Of a stretch of DNA of 64,000 bases, positions 55,087 to 64,000 are shown in pieces. The DNA comes from Patescibacteria group bacterium (GTDB lineage: Bacteria; Patescibacteriota; Minisyncoccia; Phycocordibacterales; UBA918), in the NCBI GenBank assembly GCA_019750255.1, contig JAIEOU010000009.1, forward strand, positions 5,497 to 69,496, read 5' to 3'. Each line of letters opens with the position of its first letter. The stretch's first letter is position 1. The notes below the pieces were generated by a model. That model did not search any database, was not told the DNA's origin, and worked only from the letters and a program-made list of their open reading frames with translations. The translations under genes were made by a program, and so were the position numbers.

Positions 55087-55209
55087 ACTAAGTGGAAGAC
55101 CGGTGCAGCTGCGCGGCGTCTAAGAGCAGAAATATGAGGCGTACTTCTTGTACGATGATTATTTCTGCGATTCAGACTACAAAGCAGATGTGCCGGTGTT
55201 GCACTTAGT
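55087..55209 (+). repeat. Long-arm hairpin element, copy 4 (3' of the pilX-like gene)
   Basis: Arms ACTAAGTG..ACCGGTGCA/TGTGCCGGT..CACTTAGT; loop GCGGC/TACAAA; GAGGCGTAC-TTCTT-GTACG. Confidence 0.75.
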
Positions 55210-56638
55210 CCGCTTCGCGCCAATCGCGAAAGACATACACATCCGAAGTCTGCGGCACCAGCGGGGGTGGGTTTTCTACCAGGTCACGGTCGTAGGTATT
55301 GAAACGAAAACGAAAACCCGAGTTGTAGCCACCAGTACAACCAGATCCAGTCCATTGGGTACCGACACGTCCATTTGAAACTATCGTACCGTTCATCGTG
55401 AGCGAGTTACGACAGCGACTACCACCGTTACTGTTGACCACGTATTGATTGCGGCCAAACTTACCGTTTTGAGCAATAAAAATACCATTTATGGTCATAT
55501 CATTAGGCACATCGTAGCCAACAAGCATATCTTGCTCCGCCACCGCGAGGAGGCCGGACGAGGAACTGTTGTAGGTAATATTTCCGTTTAGTACCATCGA
55601 GTAATCATTCCCAGGAGTATCAGGGTCAGCTGCCGCAATGGTAACTCGTTGGTTTACCACACTGTCTTCGATCCACACTTTGTCTTCAGCAAAAATTAAA
55701 GGGCAGTCGGGATTAATAGTATAGATGGTCGCAGTATTAAGCGTACGAATCAGATTATTAGCGGTATACCACACCCCCGCTTCAGTGGAAAATTCATCAT
55801 GACTCCAGGTTCTGTCTACCACGCGCACCGAAATGGTACCGTTGGAGTTAAAATTAATTTGGTAGCCCTCATCACCAGAGTCCGGTAAATAAATTCCACC
55901 GGCGTTTTGCGCCCGGTCCTTCATCTGGGCAATGCCAATCATCAAGCCGGTAAAGTTAATAGGTGCTGAAGGAAAAGAAAACAGTGCCTGATTCGCATTG
56001 GCGGTCGTGGTAAAGACACCATTGCGATTGCCACTTGGGGTGCAGCCGAATGATCCCGTACAACTCCACGTCGCTTGGCCGCTTGTCACCGTAGAGAGGT
56101 TGGTGCCGTCCATGCGAATGCCGCCATTGCTGTGATAGGGCCCAATAATATTTAAACTTGGCCCCGCCCACACATTACTATTAATAATGTACGCGTATTC
56201 GGCGACGGTTGGCCTCGAATAAAGGACGCTCACCGTACGCTTGAGTGCTGGCCGGGCGTACGTATGACCGGTCGACTCCACAAATATTGAAGCGACCTGC
56301 CCACAGTAGGTGCTACTCGCAACCTCTAGCGAGAACTCACCTATCGCCGCCCCCTCAGGGTCAAAGTACTGCTGCACATACGGTCCTGGTGCATTGGTGC
56401 CATTAGTGACGTCACCGGGATAGTGCGCGAGAAACCAGCGGTAATAATTTAGTCCCGCCTCGGCAATATCAACCGCCCGTTGTACCTCGAGCCGCGCCGT
56501 CACTACCTGACTCTGCCCGACGACATACCCAAGGGTCGACGATAGAACAACAAACAGGATGGAGCCAAACACGAGCACGAGCACGAGCAAGTACCCTCCT
56601 TTTGTCCGCCACGACTCTGCATTAGAAGAACACATCAT
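55205..56638 (-). CDS. PilX-like minor pilin with large beta-rich C-terminal domain
   Basis: GGYLLVLVLVF, IAEAG, C-terminal YD..L..NPPP..P and DWRE. Confidence 0.8.
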   Translation of the reverse strand: MMCSSNAESWRTKGGYLLVLVLVFGSILFVVLSSTLGYVVGQSQVVTARLEVQRAVDIAEAGLNYYRWFLAHYPGDVTNGTNAPGPYVQQYFDPEGAAIGEFSLEVASSTYCGQVASIFVESTGHTYARPALKRTVSVLYSRPTVAEYAYIINSNVWAGPSLNIIGPYHSNGGIRMDGTNLSTVTSGQATWSCTGSFGCTPSGNRNGVFTTTANANQALFSFPSAPINFTGLMIGIAQMKDRAQNAGGIYLPDSGDEGYQINFNSNGTISVRVVDRTWSHDEFSTEAGVWYTANNLIRTLNTATIYTINPDCPLIFAEDKVWIEDSVVNQRVTIAAADPDTPGNDYSMVLNGNITYNSSSSGLLAVAEQDMLVGYDVPNDMTINGIFIAQNGKFGRNQYVVNSNGGSRCRNSLTMNGTIVSNGRVGTQWTGSGCTGGYNSGFRFRFNTYDRDLVENPPPLVPQTSDVYVFRDWREAD

Positions 56639-57249
56639 AGATTGTCTTTAAGGTTACGTGGTGCCGCGCTTGAACGCAAGACGAATTCTCCCGGCGAGCG
56701 GATAGGGTCAATGTTTACAATCAAGTGCACCTGGATATAACGAACATCGGTTAAGAGACCGGTTGGCGCAACCGCCACTCCAGCAGCATTAAAGTAGCGA
56801 AAGGTCGAGGTGGCCTGTACCAGATTTTGGACGAACTCAGAAATAATAAACGTCCGGCTCGGCGTTGAGGTTGAATATGAGGACGTAGCGCTTGGCTCGT
56901 ACGTGTATTTATACAGCGTGGTTGAAGCGAGCGAATAAACCACGTACTCAATGACACTATCCTTATCAACATCACTGTAAAAACCGATCCGGTTTGGCTC
57001 CATGATGGCAACGGGCCAGGTACCCTCTGCCGACGGAATCATTTCACGCGCATCTTTTGTCCAAGTAGTGAGACCACGCCGGGCGGTATCCACCTCTTGC
57101 GCCTGGGCTACGGCATACGAGTTTGTTTGGTATAAAAAACTAACGGTGCTGGTGACGGAAATCATCAGTACCGCGTAAATCGCAATCACAACAATTACCT
57201 CAACCAGAGTCATTCCACTACGATATAGATACGGTCGAAACACATTCAT
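56635..57249 (-). CDS. Minor pilin (PilW-like)
   Basis: GMTLVEVIVV; C-terminal PRN. Confidence 0.85.
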   Translation of the reverse strand: MNVFRPYLYRSGMTLVEVIVVIAIYAVLMISVTSTVSFLYQTNSYAVAQAQEVDTARRGLTTWTKDAREMIPSAEGTWPVAIMEPNRIGFYSDVDKDSVIEYVVYSLASTTLYKYTYEPSATSSYSTSTPSRTFIISEFVQNLVQATSTFRYFNAAGVAVAPTGLLTDVRYIQVHLIVNIDPIRSPGEFVLRSSAAPRNLKDNL

Positions 57250-57250
57250 A

Positions 57251-58990
57251 TTATGGTGTCAGTGTCACAGTTACTGACGTGTCACCATTAATCGCTACCG
57301 GGTTTATGGTGCTCGCGGTAAAACCAGGCGCACTTACCTCAAGTTCATAGTCGGGCTCCGGGGCTATACCGCTACTAAAGAAGGTTTGGCCACAGGCATC
57401 AGCAGTATCGGTCTCAGAAAAAGCGCCGCGTCTAAGCTCTACGGTCGCCACCGGTACCGGTACCCCCGTACCATCGACCACACTCACGCGCAGATTATCT
57501 GCAGGAGCGTTAACAGCGAGCACCTCGTAGGTACTCGTACTCCCCGGCGCGACCCCAAGTGGATTACCTCCACACGCAGCGGCGATCGTAAAGCTTGGCA
57601 GCGTGAGCGTATAGGTATCCCACTCAATATTATTAAAAGAATAACTCCCACTCCCGTCCACGCTCCCACTCACACTGGTTTTATAGATTGGTTGCGTGAA
57701 CGCGTCCGAACCAATGACCTTCGTGCCACGCAGTGAAAATGCGGTACCGGCCCTTAGTGTCGAAGTCTCTCGATAATGAAATGCCGTTTCGAGCACTTGC
57801 GGAGTTAGGGTGGTATTTGCTGTGCGTAGCGTCAGTCCCACCACCAGTGCTGGATAGGTCGTCACCGAAAGATCGCGCACATTAATTACGCGAGCGTCAA
57901 AGCCGGCAGCGTTGCCGGGCAGGTCGCTTTCAGGAATGAGCGTGGGGGTCGTGGTGCCAGTATAAAACCGAGTTAATACGGACGTCCCCGGCGGAAGCTC
58001 GGTGGCGATACTAAACACCTCCCAGCGTTCAAGAGTTGTTGGTGTGAGCTCATTTAAGTACACACTACCGACTGACTCGTATACTCCGGCAGTATCATTA
58101 AGGACCAGTTCGCCAGCCACTACCCCTGCCGCCGTTGCTGATGCTACACCAGTCATATCCGCAAAGTCCTCAATCACCGTCTGCTCGGTAATGCTTGAGT
58201 ACGTCTTTAGTCGCAAGGTCGCGAGACGGTCAATCTGAAAATTCATAGTCGAGACATCAGATTCAAGTACGGAAACGGTGGGAGTTACGGGATTCGGATT
58301 ACTCGTGGTTGCCACATACGTTTGGTCAGTCGAGTAACCAGTATCGGTAACAAAAATCTGATAGTTAGAGCCCGCTGGTGCTCCGGCAAAGAGCGCCACT
58401 CCCGTTGCATCAGTGAGTCGCGTTATATCAATGGTTGAAGTACCACTAGTATTGAGCAACCGAACCGATGCTCCCGGCAGAGGGGCCGTAAACGCATCAA
58501 CCACATTCACCCGAATCGTGCCACCGCCAGCTGTCGTCTCAATTGAACGGGGCACAATGTTACTAATAAGCGCAATAGAGCTCGTAGCGCCAGATACATT
58601 CCACGATATCTCCACCTTAACCTGCTTGTAGTCAGCCACAATGCCGTTACTATCGATCGCTCCTACCCCATCGGCATCGTCATCAACGTACTGGATGAGT
58701 ACCCGCTCATAGAGTGTGTAGTTATTAAGGGAAGTAGTACGGTTTTGCGGAATCGCACCCGGAGGAACACCGGCAACCGTTCCTACCGCATCGTACGAAA
58801 GCGAACGAATATACTCGACCCGCTCTTGCGCAAGCGACAGTGCCGATAGCCTTACCCGGGCGTTCGTGAGTACATCAAGCATGTACGTAACAAGAGTAAA
58901 AAGACCGGCAAAGAATAACAACATCACCGCCGATACGACGAGCACCTCAACCATCGAGAAGCCACGGCCTTGAGGGTGTCGCTCATTCAT
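57251..58990 (-). CDS. PilV-like prepilin with carboxypeptidase-regulatory-like domains
   Basis: GFSMVEVLVV; PLPGASV..TDATG and PVPVATV..ADACG repeats. Confidence 0.8.
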   Translation of the reverse strand: MNERHPQGRGFSMVEVLVVSAVMLLFFAGLFTLVTYMLDVLTNARVRLSALSLAQERVEYIRSLSYDAVGTVAGVPPGAIPQNRTTSLNNYTLYERVLIQYVDDDADGVGAIDSNGIVADYKQVKVEISWNVSGATSSIALISNIVPRSIETTAGGGTIRVNVVDAFTAPLPGASVRLLNTSGTSTIDITRLTDATGVALFAGAPAGSNYQIFVTDTGYSTDQTYVATTSNPNPVTPTVSVLESDVSTMNFQIDRLATLRLKTYSSITEQTVIEDFADMTGVASATAAGVVAGELVLNDTAGVYESVGSVYLNELTPTTLERWEVFSIATELPPGTSVLTRFYTGTTTPTLIPESDLPGNAAGFDARVINVRDLSVTTYPALVVGLTLRTANTTLTPQVLETAFHYRETSTLRAGTAFSLRGTKVIGSDAFTQPIYKTSVSGSVDGSGSYSFNNIEWDTYTLTLPSFTIAAACGGNPLGVAPGSTSTYEVLAVNAPADNLRVSVVDGTGVPVPVATVELRRGAFSETDTADACGQTFFSSGIAPEPDYELEVSAPGFTASTINPVAINGDTSVTVTLTP

Positions 58991-58993
58991 ACA

Positions 58994-60223
58994 TTAACTC
59001 ATGCCGTTTGAGATTGAGTAAATTGGGGCAATGAGTGCAAGGGCAAAGAAACCGACACCTGCACCAATGACCACCATTAAGAGCGGCTCGATGATGGTCG
59101 ACAAGTCTTTTGTCTTTCGCTCGACCTCTGTTTCATAAAACTGCGCGAGTTCACTGAGCATCCCCGAAATTTGTCCAGTCTCTTCACCAACCAAAATCAT
59201 TTCTCCAACCAGGACCGGGTACAGTGTTGAATTAGCAACAAACACTTCTGAAAGCGGCGCTCCTGTCTCTACTTTATTTCTCGCTTCCCGCACAATTTTT
59301 TTGTAGTAGACATTCTGAACTACCTCTTCCGTAATCTCGAGCGACTGGATAACGTCCACTCCGGAACGAAGCAGTGAAGACAAGGTTCGGGCTGTGCGAG
59401 CGGCGTTCGTCTCCTTCGCCATAGTGCCAATGACCGGTATGCGCGTAACTGAAAAGGAAATAACAATTTTACCCATCTTGGTTTTAAAGAAGTACATCAA
59501 TCCCAGAAACGTCGCCACCATGCCGCCAATCACAAACAGAGTGTAGGCGGTCATCACATGCGTAAGCCAAATCAGGAATTTAGTCGTGGCCGGAAGCTCC
59601 ATTTTCCCACCCTCAAACACAGCGATGATTTGCGGCATTACGAATATCATCATGAGAACCGCAATCACAATCATGACCAGTATTACGATACTGGGATACA
59701 TCATCGCGCCCTTAATCTTTTTTTTCAGATTGTTAGCACGCTCAATTTGCATCGACAGTGTCGAGAGAGCCTCCGCTAAATTACCACTCTCCTCCCCTGC
59801 CTTCACCATCGCCACGTACAAATTGTTAAATTCTTTTGGAAACTCTTTAAGCCCTTCAAAAAATTGGTCACCTTTATTAATACGCTCAATAAGACGCTTA
59901 ATCACGAGCTTAAGGCGAGGGTTAGTGCTCTGCCGCTCAATCACCGACAAGGCTCGACTAACGGTAAGTCCGGCGGTAATCATCGAACCCAAGTTGCGAG
60001 TGATCATTACAATTTCATCATCCTTTACGCGACTTATCATCGCATTGATGCGATCCATGGTTAACCCACCTCCGAGCGAAAAACCACCTCCTTCTTTAAT
60101 TGAGCTTACCGTATGGCCGTTCTGACGAGCGATCGCGTACACAGCAAAGCGATCATTAGCGGTGACTGTCTCGGTGACAGCAACCCCTTCTCTGTCTTCG
60201 CCACTATAGATGAACGTAGCCAT
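58994..60223 (-). CDS. pilC: Type IV pilus platform protein PilC
   Basis: AGEESGNL, AMMYP, VGEETG, IIEPLL. Confidence 0.94.
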   Translation of the reverse strand: MATFIYSGEDREGVAVTETVTANDRFAVYAIARQNGHTVSSIKEGGGFSLGGGLTMDRINAMISRVKDDEIVMITRNLGSMITAGLTVSRALSVIERQSTNPRLKLVIKRLIERINKGDQFFEGLKEFPKEFNNLYVAMVKAGEESGNLAEALSTLSMQIERANNLKKKIKGAMMYPSIVILVMIVIAVLMMIFVMPQIIAVFEGGKMELPATTKFLIWLTHVMTAYTLFVIGGMVATFLGLMYFFKTKMGKIVISFSVTRIPVIGTMAKETNAARTARTLSSLLRSGVDVIQSLEITEEVVQNVYYKKIVREARNKVETGAPLSEVFVANSTLYPVLVGEMILVGEETGQISGMLSELAQFYETEVERKTKDLSTIIEPLLMVVIGAGVGFFALALIAPIYSISNGMS

Positions 60224-60229
60224 ACCCTA

Positions 60230-61981
60230 CTATTCGTTTATCACACGAAGCACTTCTTCCACACTCGTTAGTCCCTTGGCTGCTTTGTAGATGCCGTCTT
60301 CAAGCATGGTAAGCATCCCCTCTTTACGCGCCTGTGCCTCAATGTCATCACTTGACTTGTGTGATAGTACGAGCTCTTTAATTGTCGGAGTAATCTCGAG
60401 CACTTCGTGAATGCCGATACGCCCCTTATATCCATCTTCGGTTTCGCCATTTTCTTTCGGCCGGTAAAAAGTGATGTCATTCCAGGTAGCGCTCTCTTTC
60501 ACAATTTTTTCCTCCTTTAAAACAGCGAGCACATGCGCCATGTCGGCATGAACGGCAAGCTCATCGCGCTCAGCCTTAGTAAGGATGTATGGCTCTTTAT
60601 CGTCCGCGAGCTTACGTACCAGTCGTTGCCCAATAGCGACACGTAGGGTTGATACCATTAAAAACGCCTCCGCTCCCATATCAATAAGACGAGCGACCGT
60701 CCCCGAAGCTGAGTTGGTATGCAGGGTGGCAAGCACGAGGTGACCAGTAAGCGCTGCATTAATTGCGAGACTGGCAGTTTCTTCATCACGAATTTCTCCT
60801 ACCATGATGATGTCGGGATCCTGGCGCATGAGTGCGCGCAGTCCGGCTGAAAAGGTAAACCCAATTTCCGGCTTTACTTGACTCTGGTTCACGCGTGGCA
60901 TCTGGTACTCAATCGGATCTTCAATCGTTGAAATATTAACTTCAGGGGTATTGAGTAGGTCAAGAACGGTATACAGTGTGGTCGACTTACCTGAGCCAGT
61001 CGGACCTGTGACAAGAATGATTCCAGTTGTCGCCCTTGTCGCCTTGTGCACACGCTCGAGAGTAGAGCCGTGAAAGCCAATCCCTTCGAGCGAAAAGCCA
61101 CTGCGACTTTCACGCAAAAGACGCATCACCACCTTTTCACCATAAAACACTGGCAACAGTGAGACACGGAACGATACTTTCTGTCCGTCCATCTCCATTT
61201 TAAAACGACCGTCTTGCGGTAAACGTTTCTGGTCTAGCTTGAGATTAGAAAGCACCTTCAATCGCGCCACAATAGTGCCTGAAACATGCTTGGGAAGCTT
61301 CATTGCGTCACTCAAAATGCCGTCGATACGATAGCGCACAATTACTTCTTCTTCAGCGGGCTCTATATGAATATCAGACGCGCCCTGAATGATGGCGTGT
61401 CGAAGCAAAGTGTCCACGATACGCACCACCGGCAAGTCTTCTGCCAATTTCTTGAGGTCGCTCTCACTCATTTCTTCCTTACCCTCTTCTCCAATCACCT
61501 TAAGAGCCGAAGCGTCCTTCATGATGATGTCGCCAAACTCATCTTTAAGGGTTTTTTGGTATTGACGAAGCGCGGTACGCATCGATTCCGTATCAGTGAG
61601 ACGCGGCAAAATACGCAAACCAACCTTCTTCTTCACAAAATCGATAGCCGGGAGATCGGCAGTATCAAGCATCGCCACCTCAAGCGCATCAGCTGTCTTT
61701 TTGAAGGCAATAATGTTGTGGGTGCGGGCAACCGGTTCGGGGATGAGGGTGAGAATGTCAAATGCGACCTTAATATTCTTCAGCGAAACAAACGGAATAC
61801 CCATCACATAGGATTCCACTCGACGCATATCATCTTCTGTCATGTGCCCCTGTGCAATCAATGCCTCAGCGAGGGTGCGACCTTCCGTTTCTGCTATCTT
61901 TTCAGCCGCAGCAATATCACCCTTTGTGAGAAGGTTGGCGTCTAAAATAAAACGCTTTAGTTGGTCATTAAGAATACGCAC
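60230..61981 (-). CDS. pilB: Type IV pilus assembly ATPase PilB (probable GTG start)
   Basis: N-terminal domain, ASDIHIEP, GPTGSGKSTT, RQDPDIIMVGEIRD. Confidence 0.94.
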   Translation of the reverse strand: MRILNDQLKRFILDANLLTKGDIAAAEKIAETEGRTLAEALIAQGHMTEDDMRRVESYVMGIPFVSLKNIKVAFDILTLIPEPVARTHNIIAFKKTADALEVAMLDTADLPAIDFVKKKVGLRILPRLTDTESMRTALRQYQKTLKDEFGDIIMKDASALKVIGEEGKEEMSESDLKKLAEDLPVVRIVDTLLRHAIIQGASDIHIEPAEEEVIVRYRIDGILSDAMKLPKHVSGTIVARLKVLSNLKLDQKRLPQDGRFKMEMDGQKVSFRVSLLPVFYGEKVVMRLLRESRSGFSLEGIGFHGSTLERVHKATRATTGIILVTGPTGSGKSTTLYTVLDLLNTPEVNISTIEDPIEYQMPRVNQSQVKPEIGFTFSAGLRALMRQDPDIIMVGEIRDEETASLAINAALTGHLVLATLHTNSASGTVARLIDMGAEAFLMVSTLRVAIGQRLVRKLADDKEPYILTKAERDELAVHADMAHVLAVLKEEKIVKESATWNDITFYRPKENGETEDGYKGRIGIHEVLEITPTIKELVLSHKSSDDIEAQARKEGMLTMLEDGIYKAAKGLTSVEEVLRVINE

Positions 61982-62198
61982 GGTACAAGAAAGATCACAC
62001 CCGCAAGCAGCACACACTGCGCACCACTTACTTATGTTTTTATTGTATCACCACGTATGAAAAAATAGGTGTCATGCTGCCCACAGCCACTCCTTGGCTT
62101 TGCGAGCCGGACGGAGAAATCTATGATTACGTCATCTTGTTTTTACATTAATTGAACCGCATTACCATGTCCCGCAGCGTCATAAAAAGTTTTTGATT

Positions 62199-62267
62199 TT
62201 GACAATTCACCCCACCTCACATACTATGTAATAACTACTGAATGCTCGGCCTGCGCCGGGCATTCTT
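62199..62267 (+). promoter_or_regulatory. nusA promoter and leader hairpin (candidate attenuator)
   Basis: TTGACA-N17-TACTAT, then GAATGCTCGGC-CTGC-GCCGGGCATTC-TT. Confidence 0.65.
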
Positions 62268-62316
62268 GCGTAGTCTGAGAGCCATTATTTCAAAAATACC
62301 CTTAATTAATAACTAT

Positions 62317-63729
62317 ATGTTGTTTGACCTCAAAGCCATGAATGCCGTCCTCCAAGAACTAGAGGAGGAGCGGGGCATCGCGAAAGCCAAGATGATTGAC
62401 GCTATCGAGCAATCACTTGCTACCGCCTACAAAAAGGAGTTCGGAAAGCGCGGCCAAATCATTAATGCCACCTTTGACCTCGCAAGCGGAGCGACCGCCT
62501 TTAATCAAGTGAAAATCGTCGTGGATGAAAGCATGCTAAAGTCTGAAGACGAAAGCCACGACGAAACTGAAGGCATTACCGGCGCCAGCCCCGACGACGC
62601 CGCGTCGACTGACACCCGCGTACGCTTTGATGATGAGAAGCACATCATGATTGGAACTGCCCGCATGATCAAGAAAGATGTACAGCTCGGTGAAGAGCTT
62701 GTTTTCCCCCTTGAACCCAAGGATGAATTTGGTCGCATCGCCGCTCAGACTGCTAAGCAGGTGATTGTTCAGAAAATTCGTGAGGCGGAGAAGGAATCTG
62801 CTTTGGCTGAATTTGGTCAAAAAGCGGGCGATATCATCATTGGCCATGTACAGCGATTTGAACGCGGGAACCTCTATGTTGACCTTGGTCGCGTCACTGC
62901 CATCATGCCGTATGACGAACAAATTCCTGGCGAACGGTACCGCCCGGGCGAACGCGTGCGTGCCCTCCTCTTGGCGGTAGAAGAAACGCCGCGGGGTATT
63001 TTCCTCAAACTCTCTCGCTCGCACCCCGATTTCTTGGCTGCCCTGTTTGCCATTGAAGCACCCGAACTTCAGTCGGGTGCCGTTGAGGTAAAGGCGATCG
63101 CTCGCGAAGCGGGCGGCCGCTCAAAGATTGCGGTTCACGCCACTGACAGTCATATTGACCCAGTCGGATCACTCGTGGGCCAGCGCGGGGTTCGTGTATC
63201 AACCGTGATGAGCGAGCTCGGTGGTGAAAAAATTGACATTATTGAGTGGTCATCGAGTTCAGCTGCATTTATTGAAGACGCTCTCTCGCCCGCCCAAGTA
63301 CTTAAGGTCACCATCGTGGCTGAACCTGACGCAGAAAATCGTGAGCGTGGTCACGCCATTGCCGAAGTCCTCCCTGAACAGCAATCACTGGCGATTGGAC
63401 GTGGCGGCCAGAACGTTCGCCTCGCTGCCAAGCTTACTGGCTGGAAAATTGATATTGTCTCAGCCCAAAATGGCGAGCAGCTCGCGGAAGCGACAGCCGA
63501 AGGCGAGGTAGACCTCGACAGCACCGACACCATCTCTCTCGATGAAGATATTGATGTACTGGAAAGCGAAGACGCTACCACCACGAAAGTTGCGCTTCCA
63601 GAGGAAGACGAAGCTACCAGCGACCGTGATGTGAACCCGGACGATGAAGAAGCCGACGAAATCGATACCCCTGAAGAGGCAGAAGCGCTCGTCGACGCAG
63701 AAAAAGCAGTCAACGATAAAACGGCTTAG
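62317..63729 (+). CDS. nusA: Transcription termination factor NusA with acidic tail
   Basis: FGRIAAQTAKQV, AREAGGRSKIAV, LAIGRGGQNVRLAAKLTGWKIDI. Confidence 0.97.
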   Translation: MLFDLKAMNAVLQELEEERGIAKAKMIDAIEQSLATAYKKEFGKRGQIINATFDLASGATAFNQVKIVVDESMLKSEDESHDETEGITGASPDDAASTDTRVRFDDEKHIMIGTARMIKKDVQLGEELVFPLEPKDEFGRIAAQTAKQVIVQKIREAEKESALAEFGQKAGDIIIGHVQRFERGNLYVDLGRVTAIMPYDEQIPGERYRPGERVRALLLAVEETPRGIFLKLSRSHPDFLAALFAIEAPELQSGAVEVKAIAREAGGRSKIAVHATDSHIDPVGSLVGQRGVRVSTVMSELGGEKIDIIEWSSSSAAFIEDALSPAQVLKVTIVAEPDAENRERGHAIAEVLPEQQSLAIGRGGQNVRLAAKLTGWKIDIVSAQNGEQLAEATAEGEVDLDSTDTISLDEDIDVLESEDATTTKVALPEEDEATSDRDVNPDDEEADEIDTPEEAEALVDAEKAVNDKTA

Positions 63730-63753
63730 TAGTATTCTTTAATCTACACACTC

Positions 63754-64000
63754 ATGAATTTACTCCACGATGTCCCGGCCGGCACAGCCGAAGTGATGAA
63801 TGTAATAATAGAGATTCCTAAGTTCTCAAAGAACAAGTACGAAATCGACAAAGAAACTGGACTGATTGCCCTCGACCGCGTAATGCATACATCTCAGGAC
63901 TACCCTTTCGACTACGGTTTTGTGCCCCAAACTCTCTTTGACGACGGAGACGCCCTCGACGTAGTGGTTCTGACTACTTACCCGCTCGCCCCTGGTATTT
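63754..64000 (+). CDS. ppa: Inorganic pyrophosphatase (5' part; runs off the window)
   Basis: Manual translation MNLLHDV...IEIPKFSKNKYEIDKE...LDR...YPFDYGFVPQT..DDGDALDV. Confidence 0.93.
   Translation, partial: MNLLHDVPAGTAEVMNVIIEIPKFSKNKYEIDKETGLIALDRVMHTSQDYPFDYGFVPQTLFDDGDALDVVVLTTYPLAPGI

Noticed and set aside
56635-56638. Alternative genetic code (UGA=Gly)
   Set aside because: TGA acts as a stop in an ATGA overlap, and conserved genes have no in-frame TGA
1-64000. tRNA/rRNA genes, self-splicing introns, prophage or transposase
   Set aside because: No T-loop/cloverleaf, rRNA, intron core or recombinase signatures recognised by eye; small or divergent ones could be missed

Overview
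Chromosomal window from a reduced-genome CPR/Patescibacteria organism, probably Parcubacteria (inferred from rpmD absent between rpsE and rplO, AT-rich non-Shine-Dalgarno starts, N/C-terminally extended r-proteins and CPR-type pilins; standard code 11). The minus strand carries the str-S10-spc ribosomal protein cluster (rpsL to secY, then two adk-like genes), broken into at least six blocks by 0.8-9 kb insertions. The inserts hold a RelE/Phd toxin-antitoxin pair, a complete second type IV pilus kit, a ~1,400 aa mosaic surface protein flanked by RHH-like regulators, a zwf/pgl/GH15/cohesin-dockerin block and several small ORFs. Each detached block has its own sigma70-like promoter and a structured leader. 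The rpsN leader contains a close mimic of the S8-binding site of 16S helix 21. The intergenic spaces hold a modular family of hairpin repeats. Four of them lie immediately 3' of stop codons, share a 5x6 internal loop (C-NNGRN-G / C-NACAAA-G) and appear to fold best on the strand antisense to the neighbouring gene. S12 carries K42R and lacks P90. The right part has rpmB, a split comEC, sod, rnhA, recJ, pgk, tpiA, another type IV pilus cluster, nusA and ppa. I saw no tRNA, rRNA, CRISPR array, integrase or transposase. All calls come from reading motifs by eye, with no database searches.
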